Of a DNA stretch of 64,000 nucleotides, positions 1-9,258 are shown piece after piece. Both the position numbers and the translations under genes were made by a program. Each line of letters opens with the position of its first letter. Positions within the stretch are counted from its first letter, which is position 1. A model generated the notes under the pieces. It was not told the DNA's origin. It saw only the letters and a list, made by a program, of their open reading frames with translations, and ran no database searches. Source of the stretch: Methanomicrobiaceae archaeon UBA206 (GTDB lineage Archaea; Halobacteriota; Methanomicrobia; Methanomicrobiales; Methanoculleaceae); the NCBI GenBank assembly GCA_002503105.1, contig DAQY01000028.1, forward strand, positions 4,524 through 68,523, written 5' to 3'.

Positions 1-408
1 ACGTCCACCGCCGCCGAGATGCGCGACGCCGTCCTCCGGATCTGCAGGGAGGAGGGGGCGGACGTCTACATCAGTGCGGCGGCGATCTCGGACTTTGCAC
101 CCCGACGCCGGGAGGGAAAGATCCCGAGCGGGGAGGCGCAGACGCTGGAGCTGCTGCCCGAACCCAAGCTGCTGGAGGACGTGATCGCCGCCTGCCGCCC
201 CGTCACCGTGGCGTTCAAGCTGGGGTGGCGCGAGGAGGAGAGGGCGCGGTCGCTGCTCGCGGACGGCGTCCGGCTGGTGGTGGTGAACGCTCCACCGGTG
301 ATGGGCGCTGAGGGCGGGTCGTTTCTCTTCCTGACCGAGACCGGCAGGGAGGAGGTTTCAGGCAGCAAGGAGGAGGTTGCGGCGGCGATATGGTCGAGAC
401 TGCTGTAG
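1..408 (+). CDS. coaBC: CoaBC (phosphopantothenoylcysteine synthetase/decarboxylase), C-terminal CoaB part; the 5' end lies outside the window
   Basis: The frame of ORF 19..408 is open to the window edge. YISAAAISDFAP...GKI resembles the CoaB nucleotide-binding region. It is followed directly by the two archaea-specific CoA genes. Confidence 0.7.
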   Translation, partial: TSTAAEMRDAVLRICREEGADVYISAAAISDFAPRRREGKIPSGEAQTLELLPEPKLLEDVIAACRPVTVAFKLGWREEERARSLLADGVRLVVVNAPPVMGAEGGSFLFLTETGREEVSGSKEEVAAAIWSRLL

Positions 409-1250
409 CCTTCTCTCCCGGGCATATCTCCGGCTACTTCAGGCGGGTCGACGGCAGCAGCCCAGCCGCGACGGGGAGCGTCGGCGCCGGGGTCGTCATC
501 GACGACGGCGTGCGGGCGACCGTTTCGGCCGCCGACACCGTCCGGGTGCTCATCCGCCGCCGGGACGGGACCGGTGCCGTCGTCGAGCGCACCGACGGCT
601 CGCCGCCGGTCGAGTACGCCCTGAAACGGCTGGGGGTGCGCGCCGCCGTCGTCACCGACTGTCGCCTCCCCATCGGCGCCGGGTTCGGGCTCTCCGCGGC
701 GGCGCTGCTCGCGACCATCACCGCCGCAAACCATCTCTTCGATCTCGGGATGCCGGGAGAGGAGGTGGCTGCGCGTGCGCACGAGGCGGAGGTCGTCCAC
801 TGCACCGGTCTCGGGGACGTCGCCGCCTGCCAGGGGGGAGGGCTCGCCTGCAGGAGGGGGCCGGGGATCGGCGCCGAGATCGTCCGCATACCCCTGCGCG
901 AGCCCCTGTACGCGGTGACGCTCGGGCCGCTCCCCACCGCATCGGTGCTCTCATCACCTGATGCGATGGAGCGGGTGACGGCCGCGTTTCCCGACCGGTG
1001 CCCGACCGATCTGGAGGACTTCGTCGGACTCTCCCGGACGTTTGCCGAGAGGAGCGGACTCGTATCCCCCGGCGTCCGGGGCGTGTTGCGGGCGTGCGAC
1101 CGGGAGGGGGTCCCCGCAAGCATGACCATGCTCGGCAACGGGGTCTTCGCCTGCGGCAGCAGCGCCGGGCGCGTGCTGTCGGCATTCGGAGAGGTGTTCG
1201 TGCTGCGGGCGGCACGCCGCGGCGTCCGCCTCCTGGAGGGGTGCGGATGA
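390..1250 (+). CDS. pantoate kinase (archaeal GHMP-family kinase, COG1829-like)
   Basis: N-terminal AFSPGHISGYF and GHMP motif PIGAGFGLSAAA. It overlaps the coaBC stop, and its own stop overlaps the next start (ATGA at 1247-1250). Confidence 0.6.
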   Translation: MVETAVAFSPGHISGYFRRVDGSSPAATGSVGAGVVIDDGVRATVSAADTVRVLIRRRDGTGAVVERTDGSPPVEYALKRLGVRAAVVTDCRLPIGAGFGLSAAALLATITAANHLFDLGMPGEEVAARAHEAEVVHCTGLGDVAACQGGGLACRRGPGIGAEIVRIPLREPLYAVTLGPLPTASVLSSPDAMERVTAAFPDRCPTDLEDFVGLSRTFAERSGLVSPGVRGVLRACDREGVPASMTMLGNGVFACGSSAGRVLSAFGEVFVLRAARRGVRLLEGCG

Positions 1251-1978
1251 TCCCGGAGGATCACCCCCGGTACCGGTCGCTGAAGGTCAGGGAACGGCTC
1301 GCCCGATGCGCACGGGAGGGGATCGTGGCGATGGAGGGGCTCGCCGCCCACGGGCGGGGCGAGGCGTTCGACTACCTGCTCGGCGAGCGGACGACGGAGT
1401 GTGCGCGCCATGCGTGCCGCACTGCCGCCGCCCTGCTCGTCACCGCCCGGCACCCGGTCATCTCGGTGAACGGCAATACGGCGGCGCTCGCGGCCCGCGA
1501 GATCGGGGAGCTGCAGCGGGCGTCAGGGGCGGGCGTCGAGGTGAGCCTGTTTCACCGGACAGAGGAGCGGATACACAGGATCACAGATCTCCTGGAGGAG
1601 CACGGGGTGGAGGTGCTGACCGGCGAGGCCGAGCGGCTCATCCCCCTCTCCCACGACCGGGCGTGGTGTCTGCGGGAGGGGATCGGCGCCGCCGACGTGG
1701 TGCTGGTCCCCCTGGAAGACGGCGACCGCTGCGCCGCCCTGCGATCGATGGGCAAGCAGGTGATCGCGATCGATCTCAACCCCCTCTCGCGGACGGCGCG
1801 GATGGCGACGCTCACGATCGTCGATGAGGTGACCCGGGCGCTCCCGCACGTCACGGACGCGTGCGGGACGCTCGGTGCGGAGGAGTGCGCACGGCTCATC
1901 CAGACGATGGACAACACCTATCTCCTCCGCGCGGCCATACAGGAGATGAGAGAGAGGCTGACCCATGCTCTGGATTGA
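1247..1978 (+). CDS. 4-phosphopantoate--beta-alanine ligase (archaeal phosphopantothenate synthetase, COG1701-like)
   Basis: Internal ATG at 1247 of ORF 998..1978. HPRYRSL...GLAAHGRGEAFDYLLGERT is the signature I recall for this family. Operon context with coaBC and pantoate kinase. Confidence 0.6.
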   Translation: MIPEDHPRYRSLKVRERLARCAREGIVAMEGLAAHGRGEAFDYLLGERTTECARHACRTAAALLVTARHPVISVNGNTAALAAREIGELQRASGAGVEVSLFHRTEERIHRITDLLEEHGVEVLTGEAERLIPLSHDRAWCLREGIGAADVVLVPLEDGDRCAALRSMGKQVIAIDLNPLSRTARMATLTIVDEVTRALPHVTDACGTLGAEECARLIQTMDNTYLLRAAIQEMRERLTHALD

Positions 1979-2984
1979 GAAGTACCGGCCGACGAGATGC
2001 GAGGAGATCGCGGGTCAGGACGAGGTGGTGCGGCACCTCGTCTCATTCGCCGACACCGGCAACGTCCCCCACCTGCTGGTCACCGGACCGCACGGCACGG
2101 GGAAGAGCGTGGCCATCGAGTGCCTGGCGCGGAGGCTCTACGGCGGGACCTGGCGGGAGGACACCAGCATATTCAATGCCGCCGACCTCTTCTCGCAGGG
2201 GAGGGGCTACCTGGAGTCGGATGAGCGGTTCGTCCACCTGTACCGGAAGGACCGGAGCCTGATCGCCAATTTCAAGTACATCGTCAGGTGGCACGCCTCC
2301 ATGCGCCCCCTGGGCGCGGACTTCAGGCTGATGGTCTTCGAGGACGCCCAGGCCCTCACGTTTGAAGCCCAGCAGGCGCTCCGGCGGATCATGGAGCGCT
2401 CCTGCACCACGTGCAGGTTCGTTCTCTCCACCACCCATCCGTCGGCGATCATCCCTGCCATCGCGTCGCGGTGCCTGCCGCTCTTCTTCGCCCCTGTCGA
2501 CAACGAGATCGTCCGGTCGTGCCTGGAGGCGATCCTCGCAGAGGAGGCGCCGGACTCTGACCTCCCGTCGCCCGACGACCTTGCGCTGATTGCGCAGGCC
2601 GCACGGGGCGATCTGCGGAAGGCGATCCTATACCTCCAGCTGGCGGTCGAGTCGGGAGGGGCGATCGGTCCCTCCGAGGTGCCGGGGTCTGAGACAGAGA
2701 ACATCACGATCTCGGCCTTCGACGCCCTCCGGTCGGGCAACTACGACGCCGCCCGGCGGATCGTCGAATCGCTGATGATCGACTACGGCCTCTCCGCACG
2801 GGAGGTCGCGCACGAGCTCGGGCGGGTGGCGGAGCGGGACTACAACGACCCGCGCATCGCGGTCGAGATCGCAAGGACCGACCATCTTCTCTGCCATCAC
2901 GCAAACGACTTCGTGCAGATCAGTACGCTGCTCGCCCGCATCGCCAGGGAGGTGTTTGGTGAAGAAGGTTCAGCAGCATTATGA
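1965..2984 (+). CDS. rfcS: replication factor C small-subunit paralog (divergent)
   Basis: WIEKYRP N-terminus, Walker A GPHGTGKS, SRC motif (IASRC). Walker B reads FEDAQ rather than the canonical LDEAD. Confidence 0.7.
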   Translation: MLWIEKYRPTRCEEIAGQDEVVRHLVSFADTGNVPHLLVTGPHGTGKSVAIECLARRLYGGTWREDTSIFNAADLFSQGRGYLESDERFVHLYRKDRSLIANFKYIVRWHASMRPLGADFRLMVFEDAQALTFEAQQALRRIMERSCTTCRFVLSTTHPSAIIPAIASRCLPLFFAPVDNEIVRSCLEAILAEEAPDSDLPSPDDLALIAQAARGDLRKAILYLQLAVESGGAIGPSEVPGSETENITISAFDALRSGNYDAARRIVESLMIDYGLSAREVAHELGRVAERDYNDPRIAVEIARTDHLLCHHANDFVQISTLLARIAREVFGEEGSAAL

Positions 2985-3675
2985 CAGCGTCGCCGATGTC
3001 TACGACGACCGCTACGACCGGGACCGGGGCAGGTATTACCACGAGCATATCAGGAACCACGTGATGCGCGGTCTTTCGGAGGGTGCGTTCCTGCTCGACG
3101 TCGGGTGCGGGACGGGCCTCTTCGTCCGCCAGTACATGGCGGGCGGGGGGCGGGCGGTGGGGCTCGACATCAGCCCGAAGATGGTTCAGAACGCACGAAA
3201 ACACTGTGCAGCAGGCGAGTTTCTGGTCGGCACCGCAGATATGCTGCCGTTCCGGGGGGAGACCTTCGACGCGCTCGCCAGCCTGCTCGCGTTCAGCTAC
3301 CTGCCCGATCCCGGAGCGATGCTGCGCGAGGCGTTCCGGGTCCTGAAACCCGGCGGCCGTATCGCGATCTGCACCCTGAGCCGGACCGTCTTCACGAACG
3401 CCGTCCCCATCATCTACGCCCTCGGAGAGAGAGTCGGACTGCAGAGGGTGGGCGTCGGCAACTTCAATGAGCGGTACTATACGGGGCGCGAGATCGCCGA
3501 TCTCCTCACCGATGCGGGATTTGTCGACGTGAGCGTCTGGCGGTGCTCGTTCGCCCACCGCAACCTGGTGGAGCCGCTGTTCACGCTCGCCAGAAGATTG
3601 GAGCCGTTCGTGGAGAAGAGGATCCCCTACCTCGCGTACAACGTCTGCGCAAGCGGGAGAAAACCGGAGGGTTAG
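2959..3675 (+). CDS. class I SAM-dependent methyltransferase (UbiE/Methyltransf_11-like)
   Basis: LDVGCGTGLF SAM-binding motif and LKPGG motif. GTG 2959 or TTG 2956 start preceded by GGAGG. Confidence 0.75.
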   Translation: MKKVQQHYDSVADVYDDRYDRDRGRYYHEHIRNHVMRGLSEGAFLLDVGCGTGLFVRQYMAGGGRAVGLDISPKMVQNARKHCAAGEFLVGTADMLPFRGETFDALASLLAFSYLPDPGAMLREAFRVLKPGGRIAICTLSRTVFTNAVPIIYALGERVGLQRVGVGNFNERYYTGREIADLLTDAGFVDVSVWRCSFAHRNLVEPLFTLARRLEPFVEKRIPYLAYNVCASGRKPEG

Positions 3676-5009
3676 GGGGCGTAACCCTTCCGGAGACGCT
3701 CGAGGATCCGCCGCTTCTTCTCGAGCGCCGCCCGTGCGGCCCGGTCGACCCCCGCCCTCATCTCCTCGAAGTCCCGTGGCTCCTCGTCCACGACCTTCTT
3801 CACCGGCGTGTAGGCGGACTCCCGGAACCGCGGCGCGAAGTCCCGGACCTCGCCCTCCACCACGAGCACCGATTCCGGCCGCCCCTCCTCGGCGTGGCCG
3901 ATCTCCTTCATCCGCACACCCGCGGACGCGACCGCCCGGCAGACCTCGGGCGCGACCTCCGGCGGCGCCACGACCAGGAGGGCATCCAGCGATACGCCGA
4001 GGTAGTCGATCTGCAGGGCATCGAGCATCTCCAGCACCTGCGGTTGCACGAGGGTGCGGAGCTCGTCCTCCCGGACGACGATGCGGCAGTTCGCGGTCTC
4101 CGCCATCTCATAGGCGTCGCCGCGGAGCCCGCCGTTGGTGACGTCGGTCATGGCGTGGATGTCGGGGAGGACGTCGCTTGCGAGCAGCGCCTCACAGGCC
4201 CTGAGGAAGTGGAGGTTGATGGTCTGCTCGACCACCCCCGGGAATCCGGAGTAGATCGCCGCCGTGGCGATGGTGCCGCCTCCGGCGCCCTCGGTCATGA
4301 GGAGGACGTCACCGGGGCGGATCGCCTTCCGGGCGGTGAGATGACCGGCGACGCCGACGGCGCCGACGCAGCCGGTCATGCGGCTGCCGAGCACCATGTC
4401 GCCGCCGATCCGCAGGGTGGAGCCGGTCACGAGCGGCACCCCCATCGCCTCCCCGACCACACTGACGCCGGCGGTGTAGTCGAAGATCTTCGCAACGTCG
4501 CCATCGTCGGCGACGTGGATGTCGGAGAGCAGGGCGACGGGGCGGGCCCCCATGACGTAGACGTCCCGCAGCGTCGCCCGGGTCACGTGGAACCCGGCGA
4601 GGAACGGGAAGTCCGAGAGGCGGGAGTGCATGCCGTCGACGGTGACGATGATGTAGGTCCCGCCCACCCGCACGGCGCCCGCATCGTCCATCTCGTCGAC
4701 CCCCACGGCCGCCGGGGTGCGGCCGATGATGCGGGCGAGCTGCCGGTGGGCGTAGAAATCGCCGGCGCCGCGCGATCCGACGCCGAACTCCCCCATGGAC
4801 GATCCGGACGGCACGTACTCGAAGAGGTCGCCCGGGAGCCCGGTGGAGTTCTTCACCTCGGTGAGGACGGCGCGGGCGAACGCCTCCGCGCGGCGGGGGG
4901 AGACGCGCCGGCGTTTTACTGAGAGGATGTCATCCCGCAGCAGCCGTACGATCTCTTCGTCGGGCGTGCCGGCGGCGAGGTGGCGGCGTCCCAGTTCTTC
5001 CAGGTCCAT
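3672..5009 (-). CDS. AIR synthase-related protein (PurM/HypE/ThiL superfamily)
   Basis: VGVDEMDDAGAVRV...IIVTVDGMHS...DVYVMGARP...LVTGSTLRIGGD is a PurM-like N/C domain pattern. 445 aa with an N-terminal extension of about 90 aa. Confidence 0.65.
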   Translation of the reverse strand: MDLEELGRRHLAAGTPDEEIVRLLRDDILSVKRRRVSPRRAEAFARAVLTEVKNSTGLPGDLFEYVPSGSSMGEFGVGSRGAGDFYAHRQLARIIGRTPAAVGVDEMDDAGAVRVGGTYIIVTVDGMHSRLSDFPFLAGFHVTRATLRDVYVMGARPVALLSDIHVADDGDVAKIFDYTAGVSVVGEAMGVPLVTGSTLRIGGDMVLGSRMTGCVGAVGVAGHLTARKAIRPGDVLLMTEGAGGGTIATAAIYSGFPGVVEQTINLHFLRACEALLASDVLPDIHAMTDVTNGGLRGDAYEMAETANCRIVVREDELRTLVQPQVLEMLDALQIDYLGVSLDALLVVAPPEVAPEVCRAVASAGVRMKEIGHAEEGRPESVLVVEGEVRDFAPRFRESAYTPVKKVVDEEPRDFEEMRAGVDRAARAALEKKRRILERLRKGYAP

Positions 5010-5078
5010 CCTCAGTACGGTCGGTGCCTGACCATTTAAATTGGGCGGCTCCGCGGCAGCGCCGCGGGCAAAAGGTTC

Positions 5079-5906
5079 ATGGAGATCGACGCCAACCCAT
5101 CACAAATGAAGGGTGCGCGGATGATCGCCGCCTGCACCATCGCCGGTTCGGATTCAGGTGGGGGTGCGGGCATCCAGGCAGATTTGAAGACCTTCACCGC
5201 CCTCGGCGTATGGGGGCTGACGGTGGTGACGGCGGTCACCGCCCAGAACACGCGTGAGGTGCGCGGCAGCTGGGCGCTCCCCGCAGCGGCGGTGACAGCG
5301 CAGATCGAGGCGGTTGCTGACGATTTTCTCATCGGCGCGTTCAAGACGGGGATGCTCGGGACCGGAAGCATCGTCCGCGCCGTCGCGCGCAGCCTTCCTG
5401 AGGGGGTTCCACTGGTGGTCGATCCGGTGATCTTCTCCACATCCGGCCACCGGCTGCTGGAGGCGGGAGCCGTCGGCGATCTCGTCGGGCTGCTCATCCC
5501 CCGCGCCACGATCGTCACGCCGAACCTGTCCGAGGCGGAGGCGCTTGCCGGAATGCCGGTCCGGACGGTCGGGGAGATGGCGGAAGCCGGTCGCGCCATC
5601 CTCGACCTCGGTGCGGAGGCCGTGGCGGTGAAGGGCGGGCATCTGGCGGGGCCCACGGTGGTGGACGTCCTGGTGGACCGTGGGGGGGAGGTCCGGCTCG
5701 AGGGACCGGCGTACCCCGGCCCCGTGCACGGGTCAGGGTGCTGCTTTGCAGCGGCGCTCGCTGCCCACCTCGCCCGCGGCTTCACGGTCCGGGAGGCCTT
5801 CTCCGCATCGAGGGCGTTTGTGGATGCGGCGATCCGTGAGGCCGCCGGCGCATCGAACGGTCATCGGATTGTTAATCCCGGATCGACAGCGTGGTACACG
5901 AGGTAA
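5079..5906 (+). CDS. thiD: hydroxymethylpyrimidine/phosphomethylpyrimidine kinase
   Basis: CTIAGSDSGGGAGIQADLKTFTALGV is the ThiD signature. The true start may be ATG 5106 or 5121. Confidence 0.85.
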   Translation: MEIDANPSQMKGARMIAACTIAGSDSGGGAGIQADLKTFTALGVWGLTVVTAVTAQNTREVRGSWALPAAAVTAQIEAVADDFLIGAFKTGMLGTGSIVRAVARSLPEGVPLVVDPVIFSTSGHRLLEAGAVGDLVGLLIPRATIVTPNLSEAEALAGMPVRTVGEMAEAGRAILDLGAEAVAVKGGHLAGPTVVDVLVDRGGEVRLEGPAYPGPVHGSGCCFAAALAAHLARGFTVREAFSASRAFVDAAIREAAGASNGHRIVNPGSTAWYTR

Positions 5907-6076
5907 GGGGTGTTCGCCCCTGTTCCGCATGATTTTTCCGGTTTCTACCATGTCCGGCGAAAAATCGCTGTCGGGCGTGCCATCGGTATGCATGCAGGTT
6001 GATTCAGCCATGTGTCTGACGATATCTTCCGAAAATACAAAAAGTCTGCAGATATCAATTAGCCGGATATGAAAAC

Positions 6077-6088
6077 TTTTATTTATAA
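6077..6088 (+). promoter_or_regulatory. TATA-box-like element upstream of the Lrp/AsnC gene (about 22 nt before the ATG, implying a leaderless or near-leaderless mRNA)
   Basis: TTTTATTTATAA lies in an AT-rich patch of an otherwise GC-rich region. Spacing to ATG 6110 fits archaeal TATA-to-TSS distance. Confidence 0.4.
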
Positions 6089-6109
6089 CAACCTGTAACT
6101 ACTATCCAA

Positions 6110-6541
6110 ATGGACGAGATCGACGGTGCGATTCTTCGGGAACTGCAGGAGGACGGACGGATGTCCATGGCAGAGCTCGGGCAGAAGATCGGCATCGCAC
6201 CCTCAACGGTCTTCAAGCGGATCGAGAAGCTGAAGAACGCCGGGATCATCGAACGGTTCACCATCGTTATCAACCAGAAGTGCTTCGAGAATACGCTCAT
6301 CGCTTTTTTGAACGTCCGGGTGCGCCCGGAGGAGAAGCTGGAGGTCGAGCGGTTCATGAAGGACCTGCCGAGCATCCTTGAGCTGTACGAGGTGCTGGAG
6401 CCGGGCGACTTCTTCGCCAAGGTCCGCGTCCAGAGCATCACTGAACTGAAGCGGAACGTGCTCATTCCGCTCTCGGGGCTTCCGGGCGTGAAGGACATCC
6501 AGACGATCATCTCGGTGAGAAGGGTCAAGGAGCAGATGTAG
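6110..6541 (+). CDS. Lrp/AsnC family transcriptional regulator
   Basis: DEIDGAILRELQEDGRMSMAELGQKIGIAPSTVFKRIEKLKNAGII is a classical HTH_AsnC N-terminus plus a RAM-like C-terminus. Confidence 0.85.
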   Translation: MDEIDGAILRELQEDGRMSMAELGQKIGIAPSTVFKRIEKLKNAGIIERFTIVINQKCFENTLIAFLNVRVRPEEKLEVERFMKDLPSILELYEVLEPGDFFAKVRVQSITELKRNVLIPLSGLPGVKDIQTIISVRRVKEQM

Positions 6542-6559
6542 GATGGGGCAGATGGATAC

Positions 6560-6838
6560 ATGGAGATCGAGTTGATTCAACAGGTACTTGCGACGGTGGC
6601 GCTTCTGATGGGGGGGCTCCTGATCCTCATCATCTACAACGCCTACCGGATCGTCCGGCAACAGACGCTGCTGCTGTTCATCTACGGACTGTTCACGCTG
6701 ATCGTCGGGATTGCGTTCGCCGATATCGTGAGCATCTTCACGCCGGATCCGTTCACCATCCTCTGGTCGGCGGTCTTCTCCCGCCTGGTGGTGATCATCG
6801 GCCTCGGCGTGATGACCTACGGAGTACTGCGAGGGTGA
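6560..6838 (+). CDS. small integral membrane protein (3 predicted TM segments), unknown function
   Basis: Strongly hydrophobic 92-aa ORF. It lies 18 nt after the lrp stop, and the next ORF starts 1 nt after its stop. Confidence 0.45.
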   Translation: MEIELIQQVLATVALLMGGLLILIIYNAYRIVRQQTLLLFIYGLFTLIVGIAFADIVSIFTPDPFTILWSAVFSRLVVIIGLGVMTYGVLRG

Positions 6839-6839
6839 G

Positions 6840-7286
6840 ATGCGGACCGGTGTTTCGTTTGCAAAGGACTGGCAGCTGATCAAGCTGGCACGCTCCGTGC
6901 GGCGGCACGACGTTGCCCGTTCGCTCGTCCGGCGCCTCATCGGGGAGGCCTCGCCCGATGTGCTCCGGCGCATCACCTCCCTTGCAGGGCGCCTGGGCAC
7001 GGAGGACGGCGCGGCGCTGGTCGCCCACACCACCGAGAGCGTGGACCCCGTCACGCTGACCGAGGGGCTCCTCCTGATGTGGGGCATCCCCTGCGAGCTT
7101 GCAGACGGCGACGGGTGCGTCCACCTCAAGGTCCGCCTGGACCAGAGCCCCGCCCTGCAGGAGAACTTCGCCGACCCGGCGATCGCCGTCCCCTACATCA
7201 CCGGGTTTTTGAAGGCGATCGCGCCGGATGCGTCGCTCTCGACCGGCGAGGACGGGCTCTGCATCGCGTTCCCGCCGAGGGACTGA
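6840..7286 (+). CDS. hypothetical protein (148 aa), coupled to the upstream small membrane protein
   Basis: Protein-like composition and tight coupling (TGAGATG). I recognise no family. Confidence 0.4.
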   Translation: MRTGVSFAKDWQLIKLARSVRRHDVARSLVRRLIGEASPDVLRRITSLAGRLGTEDGAALVAHTTESVDPVTLTEGLLLMWGIPCELADGDGCVHLKVRLDQSPALQENFADPAIAVPYITGFLKAIAPDASLSTGEDGLCIAFPPRD

Positions 7287-7545
7287 GGGGACGGAGAACG
7301 GCCCGGCGGCCGGTGCTGCACCGTGCGCCGGGTCGGGTTGATGGGATCGTTCTGTTTTATATAATTGATCCTGCGGCACGGCACGGGTTCACGATCGGGT
7401 TCATATATCGTGAGGGGTATTCACGCCGATCGATCCGCTGCAGTATTAAATCGTGAGCCCGGCCCGGCGTCGGGGAAAGGATTATATACAGAAAACGGTG
7501 TAGTCCCCTTCGCCGAACGGCTGATCCGGCGTCTTCAAGAGGAGG

Positions 7546-7959
7546 ATGAACTATACGCATATTCGGGGACGATGCGGGGGTGTCCGGGAGTATCGGCGCC
7601 GTGCTGCTCGTCGCCATCACCGTGATCATGGCGGCGGCGATCGCCGCCCTCCTCTTCGGGGTGCCCACCCCGACGGACAGCTCCATGCCCGCCGCCGTGC
7701 ACGCGGAGCGGGCGGGAGGCGCCATCCAGTAACACCTTTCACAGCGGGCCGTCCGCGGACCGGCTCGAGTCCGTCAGGTGCACCTGAACGGCACCGCGGC
7801 ACCGGCGATGCCTCCAGCTACATGCTCCTGTTGCCCGCGGTCGGCGCCACGAACCGGACGACCGCCATGGGCGACGACGCCCCCGGCACGACCCGGGTGA
7901 TCGTGATCGGGAGGTATCGCGGCGGCACCGAGAAGGTCCTGCTCGACCGGTACGTGTGA
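7546..7959 (+). pseudogene. archaeal type IV pilin-like (DUF1628 / class III signal peptide) gene, broken by about 4 frameshifts
   Basis: ATG 7546 with AGGAGG and an upstream TATA-like element. The pilin core DDAGVSGSIGAVLLVAITVIMAAAIAALLFG is in another frame from 7568. TFHSGPSADRLESVR, VHLNGTAAPA and the tail RVIVIGRYRGGTEKVLLDRYV lie in three different frames, and each is collinear with the intact paralog at 8270..8662. Confidence 0.55.
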
Positions 7960-8269
7960 GCGGGGGTCTTCCGGCCGCAGCGCCGGTGCGGCACCCCGGC
8001 GACCTGCCGCACGCCGCGGGCGATCCTCCCGAACGTTTTTTATATTCTGGCCGGTGTGATCGGATATTATCGCCCGATCTCTCGTCTGAGCCTGTAAAGG
8101 ATATGCGCTATCTTTTAATAAAAGGAAATGATATTTCATCGTGAGGCGGAAAGAGCTATAAAATCGTTCCGCCGAGAGAAGCTCCAGAATCTATATATAG
8201 TATAGAAAAAGAGGTGTGTTTGTTCACTGAACCCCTGAACGGGGGCGCCAGAGAGAAGAGGTGAAATGC

Positions 8270-8662
8270 ATGAAACTTATGTATAATGAAGAGGCGGTGT
8301 CACCGGTCATCGGTGTCATCCTCATGGTCGCCATCACGGTGATCCTCGCCGCGGTGATCGCGGCGTTTGTGTTCGGAATGGCTGGAAGCGTGCAGAGCAC
8401 GAAGAATGTGGCGGCTACCGCGACGCAGCAGGGAAAGAACATCATAGTAACGTATCAAGGAGGTCCTGATCACAACAATCTAGAGTGGTTGAATATCACT
8501 TGGCCAGATAGTGGTACTGGGACATATACAACTCCAAATCAAGACCCTGATGTCGGAACCGCATGGACCAACGCTAATGGTACAGGCGGTAAGGATCACG
8601 TCGTGGTAACTGCTGCCTTTGGCGACGGCTCCCAGCAGGTCATCCTGGACACCTACGTGTAA
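8270..8662 (+). CDS. archaeal type IV pilin-like protein (DUF1628, class III signal peptide)
   Basis: [36 protein letters not shown] is the canonical N-terminus. GAGGTGA sits 6 nt upstream of ATG 8270 (the ORF track starts at GTG 8261). Confidence 0.8.
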   Translation: MKLMYNEEAVSPVIGVILMVAITVILAAVIAAFVFGMAGSVQSTKNVAATATQQGKNIIVTYQGGPDHNNLEWLNITWPDSGTGTYTTPNQDPDVGTAWTNANGTGGKDHVVVTAAFGDGSQQVILDTYV

Positions 8663-8692
8663 GCGTCCTTCCTACCACTCTTTTCTTTCTCC

Positions 8693-9092
8693 ATGCACCG
8701 GAGGAGTATTTTGACCGGAGCACCGTCTCCCGGCATCCGCGGTCCGCCGCGTGACCGCGACGGCGCCGTCTCCCCGGTCATCGGCACCGTGCTCCTCGTC
8801 GCCGTCACCGTGATCATGGCGGCGGTCGTCGCGACGGCGGCGCTGGGCGTGATCGCCCCCGTCGATGCGCCGGAGCAGGTGGTCGTCACGGCGAAGCAGG
8901 ACGATCCCCGAGACGATCTCCATCGCCTACCGGTGCGGACCGGACGACGATCCGATCGTCTGCATCCAGCACCTGGCGGTCGGGTTCACGAACAGCAGCA
9001 GCACCGCCGGGACCGCGGGGCCGGACCACGTCGTCGCGGTGGCGGGGTTCTCCGACGGCTCGAGCCGGGTGATCCTGGACACCTGCGTGTAG
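8693..9092 (+). pseudogene. archaeal type IV pilin-like gene with one +1 frameshift in a C4 run (8906-8909)
   Basis: The N-terminal part (DGAVSPVIGTVLLVAVTVIMAAVVATAALG...VVVTAKQDDP) is in the frame of ORF 8693. The C-terminal part (ETISIAYRCGPDDD...AVAGFSDGSSRVILDTCV) is in the frame of ORF 8865. Removing one C restores a full paralog. Confidence 0.65.
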
Positions 9093-9258
9093 ACCTGCGA
9101 TCCGGCGCAGAGGCGGCGACGGGCTGCGACCGCACGGTTCGCGGACCGGGACGGACCGGTCGTGCGCGGGCGGCACGCCGATCTATTTATATCCCCGCAG
9201 CGCAAGAGCGACTCCGGTGCAGGAGAGCACCTGCCCGAACGACCGTTGAGGAATCATC

